This document shows positions 42,956 to 54,811 of a stretch of DNA of 64,000 nt, one piece after another. Source of the stretch: a virus; the IMG/VR virus record IMGVR_UViG_3300042868_009489; one strand, 5' to 3'. The notes under the pieces are model-generated. The model saw only the letters and a program-made list of their open reading frames with translations, did no database searches and was not told where the DNA came from. The position numbers and the translations under genes are program-made. The first letter of the stretch is position 1; each line of letters starts with the position of its first letter.

Positions 42956-44575
42956 TCACAACTCTATGTATAATATTTCAAAATCGTATTTATCCTTAAA
43001 TTCATCTGGTATATCAATACTAATATTCACATCTGCGACTGGAACTCCACCTGTAAGTATATCAGGTGTAATGGAGTCGATTTTGATAACAACTTCTTTT
43101 GCGGCTGAATTTATTTGTTGTAAATTAATTTCATTTCTTACCGACTCATAGTCTATGTCTATGGATCTTATTCTTTTAGATCCATCTGATCCAGAATGAG
43201 AATGCCCACCTATTTGCACTCCATCTATTCTTGCATCATTTTCTATTGTTATATCTCCGATTATTGCTCCGCCAGACTTCATTAAATACTGAGGATGACT
43301 ATCTTCGTTTAAATCATCTAATAAGGCATGGCTAGATTTTAATGAGTTAACTTGAGACTCATCTACAAATAAGCCAGAAAGCAAAGAAGCATAATTTGAA
43401 TCTGTTTCCGTAGTAACAATTCTTTCTCTATTTACAGCTTTCATAGATAGCTGAGATATAAAGCTTGTGTATTTTCTTCTTTGAACTATAGATTGATACA
43501 AGGAATCTATCTTCGCAGATGTATTATTTCTTCTCTCTAATAAGTCGGTTAAGACTGATTTAAAGTTGCCCTCTGCGGCTAATAGTGCTATTGCTGCCTC
43601 TTCTGATAAAGTAGGTAGTTCTGTTTTCATACTTGTGGTTCTTATATCTAAAGCAAAATCAGCAACAACTTTTGTTTTAAATCTTAGTGATGGACTTAAA
43701 TACTTGCTATAAAATACATTGCAGTTAGTTACTAAATCTTTATGAAGAGTATCCAACTGACTGTCTACCATATTCGTTAAAGAGTTTACTTTGATAGAAA
43801 AAAATGCTTGAAATTGAGCGGCTTGCTTTTTAGTTGTTTTATCCACTTCGGTTTCTGGCAAACCTGTTGGCGATGATTTGATTGATTCGGCAAAGAGTTC
43901 CTTATAGTGGATTGCCATTTTGAGCCAGTACAAGTAGTACGACGCGACCTGTTGTTGTGAGTCATCTTCATAGTTATCTCCAAAATCTGCACCTAATGAA
44001 CTTATGATGCAATTAGTTTCGTTTACTAAGTACTTAATAATTTCTCTAAAGTCGTAGATGTGACCAAATGTAGTATTTGATATTAAGTTATCATATTCTT
44101 TTACAAATTTTCTATAGCCTCTTGTTTGAACTCCTTCCGCATAAAGATATTGGTCAAAGCATATAAAGGGTGGCCTAGGATATTTTAGGGTACCCGCATA
44201 TCCTTCTATCTCTATTTTAGGATATGGGTGATCAACTTTATTAATCTCATCCCAAACATATGCGTGTGCTTCTTCTAAGTTTGGATTATTTAAAGGATCT
44301 AATTTTACCTGTCTTAACAAATCTTCTAAATCTTTTAAGAATTTAAGTAAGTCAGAAATACTATTTTTTGCTTCTTGCTTAAGAGACTGTAAGGGAACTG
44401 AATATGGCTGATCATTACCATATGATACTCCGGCTTGGCGAAGAATGGAATTTGGTCCATTCCTAGCAAAAGCTGATTCAGTTGAGCTACGAGAAGACGA
44501 TTCAGTTGTTGAATAATCTAATGTTACTTTTTGCTCTGTTGAAAGCTGATTATCTATATTATTAACTAATGACAT
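42956..44575 (-). CDS. Hypothetical virion protein
   Basis: 539 aa; H..L..L..D.HPQYL and HSHSG.DGS motifs typical of phage tail proteins. Confidence 0.6.
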   Translation of the reverse strand: MSLVNNIDNQLSTEQKVTLDYSTTESSSRSSTESAFARNGPNSILRQAGVSYGNDQPYSVPLQSLKQEAKNSISDLLKFLKDLEDLLRQVKLDPLNNPNLEEAHAYVWDEINKVDHPYPKIEIEGYAGTLKYPRPPFICFDQYLYAEGVQTRGYRKFVKEYDNLISNTTFGHIYDFREIIKYLVNETNCIISSLGADFGDNYEDDSQQQVASYYLYWLKMAIHYKELFAESIKSSPTGLPETEVDKTTKKQAAQFQAFFSIKVNSLTNMVDSQLDTLHKDLVTNCNVFYSKYLSPSLRFKTKVVADFALDIRTTSMKTELPTLSEEAAIALLAAEGNFKSVLTDLLERRNNTSAKIDSLYQSIVQRRKYTSFISQLSMKAVNRERIVTTETDSNYASLLSGLFVDESQVNSLKSSHALLDDLNEDSHPQYLMKSGGAIIGDITIENDARIDGVQIGGHSHSGSDGSKRIRSIDIDYESVRNEINLQQINSAAKEVVIKIDSITPDILTGGVPVADVNISIDIPDEFKDKYDFEILYIEL

Positions 44576-44583
44576 ATTTTTAC

Positions 44584-46441
44584 CTAAAACATTTTTCTAG
44601 AAACACGTTTTGCAGGTCTCCCTTTTCTGATACCTGGCATCAAGTCAGAGTTTCTCTTAGTGGTTACCATAATACCAGATGCAGGTGCTTCTTTATCCCC
44701 ATCGTCAGATACACTATTCGCCTTTGGCATAAAGAATGTATTCGAGAAACTCTCTGTATTTCTTGCTACCTTTAATTTACTAAAGTCTCCATAATTTTGA
44801 GTAATAGCAAGAAGTGCTAGCATTAGCGCATCATGAGCGTGATCCATAGCTGATCCACCAGCTTCGAATATAGGCCTTCCGGTTTGAGTAGTTCTAACAA
44901 CAACATATGAAATTAACTGCATATAAAGTTCTTCATCTGAAACTGGAAACAAGATAGCTTCTCTTTCAAGATATTGAGTTAGGTTATCTACCATGTATGG
45001 TTTAATTTCTTTTTTAATTGGAAGCTTGGTATATGGATCTCTTATCTCAATGCTTTCGCCAAATCCTATTCCCTTAACTCTATCTCTAAGATTTGATTTT
45101 GGATTTTCTGTTCCATACTTCCTAAGCAGTTCTACTTGAACTTCTCCATATCCTCTGTCAACATAAATGTGTTTTGGATTAAAAGATTCATTTAATTCAA
45201 CTATTCTATTAACTCCATTTGTTAATGTGTATTCAGATTTAGGAATTTCTTCTCTATATACAACTCTAACTTTATTTCTAAATCTTTCATCTTCATAATT
45301 TTCGTTACAGGTTTCTAATACAACTATATTTGTTCCAGCACCGTACTTATCCCAGTCAACTCCAATTGTATAGAATGATCTAGCTGATTGTATTTCGGGA
45401 GTATAGTCCCAAGATGGATCTATGAAAGCTTTGTCTATAAACTTTCTAGGATAAACACCTTCTGCGTCTTCGCCCCAGTCTGCTTCAATTTCGTGACGAT
45501 AACCCATCTCTGAGTATTGCTCTCTAAATTCATCTTCTTGTTCTTTTGAAAAATATGGGTTGCAATATGACGGAAACCAAAACTCTTGGAATCTAGCGCT
45601 TCTGCACCATTCCCAGAATCTTTCTCTTCTACCAGTTGGCGTTGAAGCTCCAATGAGTATTTTATCGGGTTGGTCTTCTGCGGTCTTCTGTAGCATCGCG
45701 TAGAGCGCGTCAAGGTCATCTGCGTGCATGTAGTCCATTTCGTCCAACACAATCACGTGTGCTTCTTGACCACGGGCTACGTCTGACTTTCCACCTGAAC
45801 GCATGCCAGATGTAAAGAATCTAATTGTAGATCCATTAGAAAACTGAATCATAAACTGAGGACTGGTTACTTTTCTCGTAATTGAATTCATTACTATTTC
45901 ATTCTTAGAAGCTAATCTAAGAATTTCTTGATAAATTAATTCAACGTGCGATTTCATTGGTGCAATAACTAGGCACCTGCCGTCTTTATGGGTGTAGCTA
46001 TAGTGAAGCAATGCAATAGCCATGCTGAAAGTTTTTCCTAAACGACGACCTGCTCTTAATACTTTTCTCAAAGCTGGATCGCGCAAAATTAAAGTTTGAT
46101 AAACTCTTGTTTCTGCTTGAAGAAAATGTTTTGCCCATCTACATGGATCTTTAGAAATGTGTATTTGCCTTTGTTGATCAGCAGATATTCCGCATGTCTA
46201 ATAAGTTATTATCAACTTCAAATGGTTCATCGATTAATAAAGCTAATTCTCTGTTTGTGAATTCTCTACCTTCAACTGGTGTTCCATCTGTCCAGTTTAT
46301 GTGACTTAATTTATTCTTAAAAACCCATTCAATTCTATTAACCTGTTTTGAGTATTCTGGATCTTGAGCGTTAATGATTTCTAAAAGATCGTCTCTAGGT
46401 AAACCTTCTAATCTTTTACGAAATTCTTGAGTTTTGTCCAT
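44584..46441 (-). CDS. terL: Terminase large subunit; +1 shift at CGG (C at 46192)
   Basis: Walker A GRRLGKT, Walker B IVLDE, ASTP, nuclease GVDW and DHAHDA. The 87 aa upstream ORF joins via LLDM-(c)-GISADQQR..DPCRWA..RVYQ. Confidence 0.9.
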
Positions 46442-46449
46442 AGTATATT

Positions 46450-47997
46450 CTACCCGAAATGCGAAGCCATCATCGCACCTTCTGATCCAAGTAACGATCT
46501 AGCATTTAGTCTGCTGTTTTGAATTGCGGAAACACCTCTAGCTCTAGAGGTTGCTCTAACTTCATCATCTTTATATCCTGCTCCAAAGATTCCGGTATGC
46601 ATATTACCTTGCATTGACTTCATTCCATCTTTACCAAAATTGATTCCAGCTTTAACAGCCAATCCACCAAGCTTAGCAAGTTGATAAGCCATATCTGCCG
46701 CAAATATTAAGTTAAGACCAGGAACAGCTGCAGCTACAGCTCTTGCTCCAACAGCCATTCCAACTTTTGCTCCACCATACTTTACTGCCTGCAATGTTCC
46801 TCGGGCGCCCATGGTTTTATAAATACCTTCTCCCAAAAGTCTTTGACCCATTTTTGCTGCACCGAGCTCAGTCATTGGCATTGCCATACCAAGTCTATTA
46901 GCAACAGTTACTCCAAATTGTCCATTTCCATGAATGCCTTTTGCTAAACCTCTAACTACTTTTTCCGCATTATCTGTTAAAGTGAGTGTTCCCGTTCCAA
47001 ATGTTTTGGCAGTAGCGCCTAAAGCTTGAGATGACATAAAATCAAGGCCACCTCCTGACATAAAGGCATACTCCATAAAAGATCTACTAGCGGTTCCTCT
47101 TACGCCTGCTGCAGTCATGGCTCTACGTTCACCAACCGACAAAGCCTCACCTGCAGCTGCTCTGTTTACTAGCGTTCCTAATGGTGTTACCTGGGTCGAA
47201 AAGTTTGCTGGGTTTCTCATGAATCTACCCGTGGCAGGATTCCTAACAGCTGGTAGACGACTTCCCGCTGCAGCATAAACTTCTGTTGAGACTGCCCCGT
47301 TCATCTTAGCTATTCTTGCAAGATTCAAGTCTCCACGAGCAGTTGAACGAGTAGTAGCTGCTCTTCTTTCTAATTTAGAAACAGCTCCTAATCTTCCAAA
47401 AACTCCACCGCTAAATGTTGGGTTTGCTTCTTTCGAAGTTCTAGTCAACATATTACCTATCGAGGCTAATCCTCCACCGGCATTCGGTGCCATAAAGCCC
47501 CTATTGTGTCCTGCTCCAAATCTAGAAAGGTTTGGATCTCTGAAGAATGCTTTAGGATTTGCGGTTAAATTTCCTCTTCTAAATCTTTTAAAGTTAGATC
47601 CTACTTTAGTTAAATCATCTGTGCCAGATTTAATTGCACTTCTTCCGACCTCTTGCTAGCTTTTCTCCTCTTCTAGTCGTTCTACCAAATATATTTCTTC
47701 CACCAACAAATTGATTAGCACCCTGTGGTCCAAGTGGATCTAATGCATTTCCTACGAAAGGTCTAAACTTTGCTCTAGATCTAGCTGCAAGGTTAGGGCT
47801 AAACCTTCCGTCCAACACCTCTTTTATTATCTAAGAAACCACCTTTAAGAATTGTATTTTGAGCCCTGTATGAACCATAGCCAAATAATAAAAGTGGATT
47901 TTGTATTGCTGCAGTTGCTTCCATTCCGGCCTAAGACTTTACCCATTGCTCCTGGGATTTGAGAGGCTTCGTCAACCATTCCGCTTATGTCACTCAT
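46450..47997 (-). CDS. Gly/Ala/Arg-rich protein, possibly internal or ejection protein; three +1 shifts at CGG (47928, 47810, 47647)
   Basis: MSDISGMVDE..VLG-(c)-GMEA..RGVG-(c)-GRFS..LARG-(c)-GRSA.. joins the 347 aa ORF; ends TSRARGVSAIQNSRLNARSLLGSEG. Confidence 0.7.
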
Positions 47998-47999
47998 AT

Positions 48000-48569
48000 T
48001 TAACCACCTCTTCTGAGGTTATGCATGCCGAGAACTATATTTCCATCTGCATTAAGTTCTTGCGCAGTTTCTAAAGATGAATTTCTTTGACCATACATTT
48101 TTCCACCATAAGTCATATCTCTATTTAATCTTCTAGTTCCAACATATGGTGATTCATTTATGAATCTTTCATTTCGATTAATGTAACCAATGCCCATTGC
48201 AGCGCTTCCAGCTAATCCAGCTGTTGCTCCAAATGCAGCTCCTAATGCTCCACCCTTGAAACCTTTAGCCATACCACCAATAACGGCTCCCACTGTCGCT
48301 CCTGCGCCCATAGCACCTATTGTGTTCCTGCCTGTATGTGAACCAGGAACTGCTGCATCAAAAACTGCACCTGGTGTTAATTTTCTTCCAAGAAATGCTT
48401 CATCCGCATTAGGGTCACCAAAAGCAACATCCATTGCTGCGTCTCTTGCAGCTGGTGCTGCGTTTTTTGCAATACCTGCTACAGCTGCGCCTCCTATTAT
48501 TAAGCCTGCACCAGCTTTAGTTGTTGCACCTTTATATAAAGTTTTACCTATACTTGATAAAAGTGACAT
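48000..48569 (-). CDS. Gly/Ala-rich protein with glycine-zipper-like hydrophobic segments
   Basis: 189 aa; GAGATVGAVIGG..GALGAAFGATAG. Confidence 0.65.
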   Translation of the reverse strand: MSLLSSIGKTLYKGATTKAGAGLIIGGAAVAGIAKNAAPAARDAAMDVAFGDPNADEAFLGRKLTPGAVFDAAVPGSHTGRNTIGAMGAGATVGAVIGGMAKGFKGGALGAAFGATAGLAGSAAMGIGYINRNERFINESPYVGTRRLNRDMTYGGKMYGQRNSSLETAQELNADGNIVLGMHNLRRGG

Positions 48570-51500
48570 TTATCTATCTCCAAATAAGTGACTATTTTTA
48601 TTAGAACCCATCGATGTATGACCTATTTTTTGCCTATCTAGATTTCCTACAATACCAGCTGTAAACAATGGATCTTTTCTTCTTGAAGTTTGACCATTGC
48701 CCATTAAAGCTTCTTGTATACCGTAAGGTCTTTGTCCTTCTTCAACTGGTGCTGGTCCCATAGTAGCGCTATAGAGATCATTTTCGTTTCCTCTTTTAGC
48801 TATTTTATATCCAGTAACGGCTCCAGCTAAAGCTAAAGCTCCTAATGCAAACTTTCCTTTATTAGATTCATAGACTTTTCTGCCAACAGCAATTGCCTCA
48901 CTGGCAAACTTTTCACCCTCATTAAGACCTGGTAATGTTGGTTTAATATCATCTACAAATGACGCGGAATCAATGAGCGCTGCGCGTGCTGCAGCGTCTT
49001 CTGCAGCTCTTGCTACTCCAGCATCAGCTGCTTCACCAGAAATGCTTACTGCACTTCTTGCTGCGGTATCCATATCATCGGTAACTGAACCAGACATCAT
49101 ATAACCAAGAACCCCATCGTCTTCAGTACTCATTGTGCTAATAAGTCTGTGAGGTCTACTCTTCAAAGCAACGTCCGTATCCATTACCCCAGAAATACCT
49201 TGAGCTAATCTTCCCTTGTTTATTATTTCTACTGCATCGCCTCCAGTTATTTTCATTCCAGTTATAAATGATTCTTCTATTCTATTTGCTATAGTTTTAA
49301 CTGTTTTTCCGTAGTTTTCGATAACAACATCTGGATCTGCTTTTCCTGCTAATTCTCTTAGTCTACCTTCTCTAGCTTCTCTTGTAGCTAATTCAGCTAC
49401 TTCAGACAGTTGTTGCATTCTTTCTTTTAACCCTACTGGAGATAATTCTTGTTCACCAAAAATATTTTTAGCTAAAGCTGCTGCTTCTTCTTGCAAAGCT
49501 GTAGACACAAAAGAACCCTCTGTTGATTTAAGCTTATTAAAAGCTCTAATGTTTCCAGATAGAACTTGCTCAGCTAAATCTTCAGTAGTTAGTCTACTTA
49601 AGTTTTTTGGAGCAAAAGCTCTGTTAATTGTAGCTCCTAATTCTGCATCTGTTGCCTGAACAGTTGAATCTATAAATCTATTTAAATTTGCATTTTCTAT
49701 AAATTCTTGACTTCCAAATTTAATTTCACCAGTTACATTACCACTTTTATCAAATTCTCGTATCATAAGTTTAGAAAGATCATCTGCAGTTACAATAACT
49801 CTACTTGCTTGTTTTGATGGCGTACCAGTAACAGGTGTTCTAAAATATGAATTTTCAGATACATCAAAAAGTTCTCCAAGTTTTGATCTTCTCTGTATAC
49901 CAAAAATATTTTCCTTACCTTGGCCCATTGTAAACTGCACACCAATGTCAGATAACTTACTTAAATCTTTTTCTGCTAATGCGGCAAACGTTAAATCTCC
50001 TTTTTCTGACATTCTTCTTATTAAAGTTTGACCTATTCCTGAAGTGGCCTTAGCTTCACCTGCTGCCATTATTCTACTTCTAACATCATAAGTAGCGTAA
50101 GGTAATCCTCTATCTATTAATGCTTGTGAATATTCAGCAGTTTTTGCACCAACAACTGCCGGAGCAAATCCGCCAGCTTTTAATCCATAAAGTTCTGATG
50201 TAGTGCCCAGTGCTTTAGATAGACCAGTTACATCCTTTGGCAAGGATCTTGGCGTACCCAATGACCCAAGCCCTTTTCTAGCCCTTATCATTTGGTCAAG
50301 TTCTGTTGCTTCTATTTCAGTTATCCCAATATTAGATAAAGCTTCCGTACTCGCGTTTGCTGCAATTGATCTACTACCTCCAATGCTTACGGGTACTTTT
50401 TTTCCATTTCTAGATTCGTCTAATGCAAATTTAAATGCTTTTGCAACTTGGTCATTATCAAGTTCTTGGAATCCAGCTACTCCCTTAACTCCCCTAGATT
50501 CAAAATTAGAAAATACATACCCTCCCTTACCATCATTTGCTTTTGGACTATAATAAATGCTTCCAGCAGAAGCTTCGTCCATAACGTTTAATGGAGTACC
50601 AGGTACTGATAGATTTTCCGCTCTGATACCAAGATTAATTCCTTTACTTTCTAACCTTGCTAAATAATCAGGAGTAACAGACATTGATATTTTTTGCATT
50701 CCTGATTCCGTATTAAGGAATTGGAAAACATCATCAGATACTCTACTCATATCTGATATATTTGTTATTGGAGTTACGGCGCTACTTCTTCTAATTCTTG
50801 CTCTCATGAATTTTTCAAAGGCGGTCATTGACCTATTTTCTTTCATGAAACCATGAGTCTTAAATAAATTTTCTAAGTCCGCGGCTTTATCTGTATATTC
50901 TTTTGCTGCTGCGTCACTTAATCCAGATGGTGGCATTCCGGCAGTTGGAAGTCTTCTAATCCTAAGTTCATTATTGTTAATGAAATCACTAATATATGCG
51001 TTAAGCATCGTGTCAACTTCTGCGGTGTGAGTACCGCGAGTTTCCATTAAGCCAGTTAAGGTATCTATTCCTTCTACCCCAGCTCTACCTTCTAATAGCT
51101 CAAAAAAGTTTGTGTTTAAAAATAAATTCTCTAATGACTCAGTACCTTTTGCTCCGCCAAACATTTCTGGAGAAATACTAAAAGAAGACAACAGTCCATG
51201 TTGTAAATCTTCAGATAGCTCCAGTCCGCTACTTCTCATAATTCTTTGTAGTTCAGACTGCTGTGCTCCAATAGCAATTTTTGCGCTATCTAACGTATCT
51301 AGCATGTAATCTGATTTGGACGATCTTAAGTGTAAGAATTTTTTTAACAAACCTTTTGCTTCATCATCTTCTTGGAAAGCTGGAAGTCTTTGTAGCGTTC
51401 CTATAAGTTTATCTAAGTCAAAAGCTTCAGCATTATGACCTTCTATTCTTAAGTTTTCAGCTCCTAGACCTGTTCCTAAAACATCGCCCTCATTTGTAAA

Positions 51501-52608
51501 AAGTCTTAAAACTTCTTTAAAACTTTCAACAGCTCCAGTACCACCGTCTTTGTATGCAGACTTAAATTTAGCTAAATCGGCAGGGTCTACTACACCACCT
51601 CTTTCAGCTCTAAATGCAGCTTCTGATAAAGACATAGTATTTCCATCTTTATCAACATATCCAGCTATGTCCATTAAGTCGGAAGAAAAACTTTTACTAG
51701 TTAATATTTCCGGTGCACTACTAGTCATTGTCCCATCTGCATTGTGAGTAACAGTTCTTTTTACTAATGCTATTTCTCTTATTTGAGATTCTGGGGTTAA
51801 TCCAGTTGTTTCAGTGTCCCATGTTATAACTGTATATGTTTTTCCTTTATCAAAAGCTAAATGATTCATTGGCTTAAGTACTCTTCCGTCAGCATTCTTG
51901 GCTATGGAATCTTCATAAGAAGTTGGCAGTCCTTCTGGAAAAAATTTTTTAGTTCTTTCATGGAGTCTTTCAAGAGAGAACGGAGATCTCATTCTATTTC
52001 TACCAGTTGTAATATCTTCAAGAGTTGTTGCGTCATGTGTTGGGCCATATGATGTTCTCATTAAGTTAAGAGTTGCCGGGTGAATTCCGTTTTTAGGATC
52101 ACCGGCACCGAATGGATCAACAATATATCTTAGAAAGTGCCTATATGGACTTTCTGAAGGAAGTGACATTGCTGGCATTCCTAAATTTGTAAATGTTTGA
52201 TCTAAAGAAAGTGCTTTTTCTCTATATGATCTGTATATTTTATCTGCAGCTGATTTATTTAATAATGATAAATCTAAATTTTCTGCCTGAACAGTAAATT
52301 CTATATTATCCCTTAAGCCTTGATCTGTTAACCCTCTAAATCTAGCATTGCCGGATAAACTTCTATTTTTCGGATCTAACATTAATTCTAAATATTCGTC
52401 TGCAACAGCTTTTGCTCTTTCTAAATATCCTCTTGAAGATCCAACTGTAAAAGTTTCTCCAAGAGCTGTTTCAGATCCGTAACATAGCTTCAATTGACTG
52501 ATTTGTTATAGGTGATTTTTGGGGTATTGGACTTATTTTTCTTGGACCAATTTTTATTTTTGTACCCAAATTTTCCAACTGAGTATGACTCAACCTATGA
52601 TTTTTCAT
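48570..52608 (-). CDS. Large protein with DEDDh (DnaQ-like) exonuclease domain; +1 shift at CGG (C at 52479)
   Basis: WDTETTGL, GHNAEAFD, LDTL, HTAEVD motifs; N-terminus MKNHRLSH..IEAML-(c)-GSETALGE; hydrophobic segment near the C-terminus. Confidence 0.75.
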
Positions 52609-52612
52609 ATAT

Positions 52613-53341
52613 TTATTCTAAATCTTTAGTGCTAGCTTCTATGTAATCATCTACTTCGTATGTGCCAAGTTTTTTGCGAATAAGCTTATTGTTTTCTATT
52701 TCAATCTTTTGTACTTTTTGAATAATCTCAGAAATAGCTTGAGCTGTATCAAGTTGAGTTTGACCAGTTTTTGCTCTAGCTTCTCTAGTTGCCAATAATT
52801 GATTACGTAAATCTTTTCTTCTTTTATGTAATCTGTCTTCAAGCTCCACTGCTAAGTGTAATTCTTTTTTAAGAATTGGCTCACCATCTTTATCTATACC
52901 AATAATATTCTCTTGAATAAAATGTTCTTTGGCTAAAAGTTTTGTTTTACGCAAATATTGAACTTCTTGATCAACTAGATCTCTTACCATTGAGACTTCA
53001 ACTAAGTTGTTTGGACTTACGTCTAATTGTTCCATGTATTCGCCAGTAAATTGAGAAACCATTCCCATCTCTATAGGACATGGTTTTCCCTTTGGTGCTA
53101 AATTTTGTTGATGAAGCGGACAGGTTTCAGCAAAAATACAACGTGATGCTTCACATCTCATTGGAATTGAAGAAAACATTGATGTTCTTGTTTTTTGTGG
53201 ACGGACTAATTCAACAGCTTTTTCTCTTTGCTCATCAGTCCATTCATCCGGAAAAAATAAATCAGGACGAAGTGATTCAAACTTATCCATAAAAGAATTT
53301 TTATCTTCAAATCTTTCTATATTATTTTCCATTAAAATCAA
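52613..53341 (-). CDS. Hypothetical protein with Cys cluster (start probably MENN)
   Basis: C-x4-C-x5-CP..CPIE, then helical region. Confidence 0.6.
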   Translation of the reverse strand: MILMENNIERFEDKNSFMDKFESLRPDLFFPDEWTDEQREKAVELVRPQKTRTSMFSSIPMRCEASRCIFAETCPLHQQNLAPKGKPCPIEMGMVSQFTGEYMEQLDVSPNNLVEVSMVRDLVDQEVQYLRKTKLLAKEHFIQENIIGIDKDGEPILKKELHLAVELEDRLHKRRKDLRNQLLATREARAKTGQTQLDTAQAISEIIQKVQKIEIENNKLIRKKLGTYEVDDYIEASTKDLE

Positions 53342-53499
53342 TCCATTCAGATTTAATAATACCTTCTTGAGTATAAGTTTCTATTAAACAGCTTTTGCAG
53401 CCGGGGGCAATAATATTCTTGAATAGTTAAGACTTGTTCAGCCTGAACTATATCTTCATAAACAAAATTTAGATCATAGTTACATCTATCACATTTCAT
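53322..53499 (-). CDS. Small zinc-ribbon protein; +1 shift at CGG (C at 53403)
   Basis: MKCDRC..EYYCP-(c)-GCKS; the shift falls inside the second CxxC and restores it. Confidence 0.65.
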
Positions 53500-53936
53500 C
53501 TGTGTTCCGAAAGAATTTTCATTAAACTTTTTTGTAATTTTTCTGCTACTTCTACATTTTGCGCCGCATTGACAAACGTGCTGACTTCACGCATTTGGTC
53601 AGGAGTAAGTGCAGAGCTGATAATAAACCTAGCACCTTTACATATATCACAATAAACATCCTTGCCGCCATTTACTTCTAATCTTGCCGATGCACATGAG
53701 CACTGTTCTATTATTTCAAAAAATTCTAGAGCCTGAGCTAAATCATACCATTTATTTTTAAATAGTTTTTTTGTCTGCTCTTTATAAGCTCTTAATTTAT
53801 AAGGGTCATCTGAAAGCAACGTTCCCATATCTAAAGCTTGTTTCATTAAATCATTTATTGTTCGATACAAGAAATTTGGCAATTCGAAATCACCGTTTAT
53901 ATTGATAAAATTCTTCCAGTCACTCATTATAAACAT
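53496..53936 (-). CDS. Hypothetical protein with CSC..CDICKG motif
   Basis: 146 aa ORF. Confidence 0.6.
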   Translation of the reverse strand: MFIMSDWKNFININGDFELPNFLYRTINDLMKQALDMGTLLSDDPYKLRAYKEQTKKLFKNKWYDLAQALEFFEIIEQCSCASARLEVNGGKDVYCDICKGARFIISSALTPDQMREVSTFVNAAQNVEVAEKLQKSLMKILSEHR

Positions 53937-53973
53937 CCTTACATATAGATATATAACATTATATCACTTTTTA

Positions 53974-54168
53974 TTACATTCCTGTCATTCCACCACTTGA
54001 CTTGCCCTGCAAACCATTTGCCCCGGACGATCTTCCGCGCATTGCGGCCATTCCGCCTAGTCCGATTCCTGCACCAAGAGCAAATTTACCTCTTCTAGTA
54101 CTAGGCATTCTTGCCCCAGACACTAGTCTTCCTGCGCCACCAGCTAAACGTCTTGCTCCAGCTAACAT
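53974..54168 (-). CDS. Small Gly/Arg-rich basic protein
   Basis: MLAGARRLAGG..; third of three similar genes. Confidence 0.55.
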   Translation of the reverse strand: MLAGARRLAGGAGRLVSGARMPSTRRGKFALGAGIGLGGMAAMRGRSSGANGLQGKSSGGMTGM

Positions 54169-54172
54169 TAGA

Positions 54173-54482
54173 TTATTCCAATCCAATCAGTGGATTATTT
54201 TGACTACCTCTTCTATTTCTATAGCCGGCGTAACCAATTCCACCTGCAGCTGCACCCATTACTGATTTAGGATGTCTAGAAGCCATTGTTAAACCGCTTC
54301 CAATTCCTCTGGCAGCTCCTCTAACGAAAGACGAATGAGCGGTAGTGCCAACACCGGCCCATGTAAGCACCAGCACCACCAAGTCCTTTTGCTGTACCCA
54401 TTGCCATTCTTCCGCCAGTGCTTCTAGCTCTTCCAGCAAGACCGCGTGCACCAGCTGACATCCCAGATAAGCGAGGAAACAT
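54173..54482 (-). CDS. Small Gly/Arg-rich basic protein; +1 shift at CGG (C at 54356)
   Basis: MFPRLSGMSAGARG..AYMG-(c)-GVGTT..NRRGSQNNP. Confidence 0.6.
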
Positions 54483-54494
54483 TAGTTAACCCTT

Positions 54495-54765
54495 TTAGTA
54501 CATTGGGTAGTTTTGGCTACCCCTACGACGATTAGCCCCATAGGCTCCCATTGCTCCTGCGGCGCCTGCTGCAGTTCTTCTTGGATAGTTGCCCATTGTA
54601 GTCAAAGCTGCTGCCCCTCTACTTCTCATGCCACCCCTACTCATCATATGGGGGCCGTGCTCCACCTAATCTATTGGCAGCGCCATGCAAACCACTGGCT
54701 ACCCTTTTCGCCATTGTTCCATTTTGGCCAAACATTTTAGCTGCACTTGACATACCTACTGCCAT
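54495..54765 (-). CDS. Small Gly/Arg-rich basic protein; +1 shift at CGG (C at 54657)
   Basis: MAVGMSSAAK..RLGGA-(c)-GPHMM..NRRRGSQNYPMY; AGGAG RBS; C-terminus matches its neighbour. Confidence 0.6.
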
Positions 54766-54811
54766 GATAGAATCTCCTATAGATTTAGAATACACTTATA
54801 TAGTAATTAAA

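Noticed and set aside
33343-46441. Calling the split terminase and protease genes pseudogenes, or intron/intein-split
   Set aside because: Catalytic motifs are intact, each gene has one single-base discontinuity, and there is no intervening sequence.
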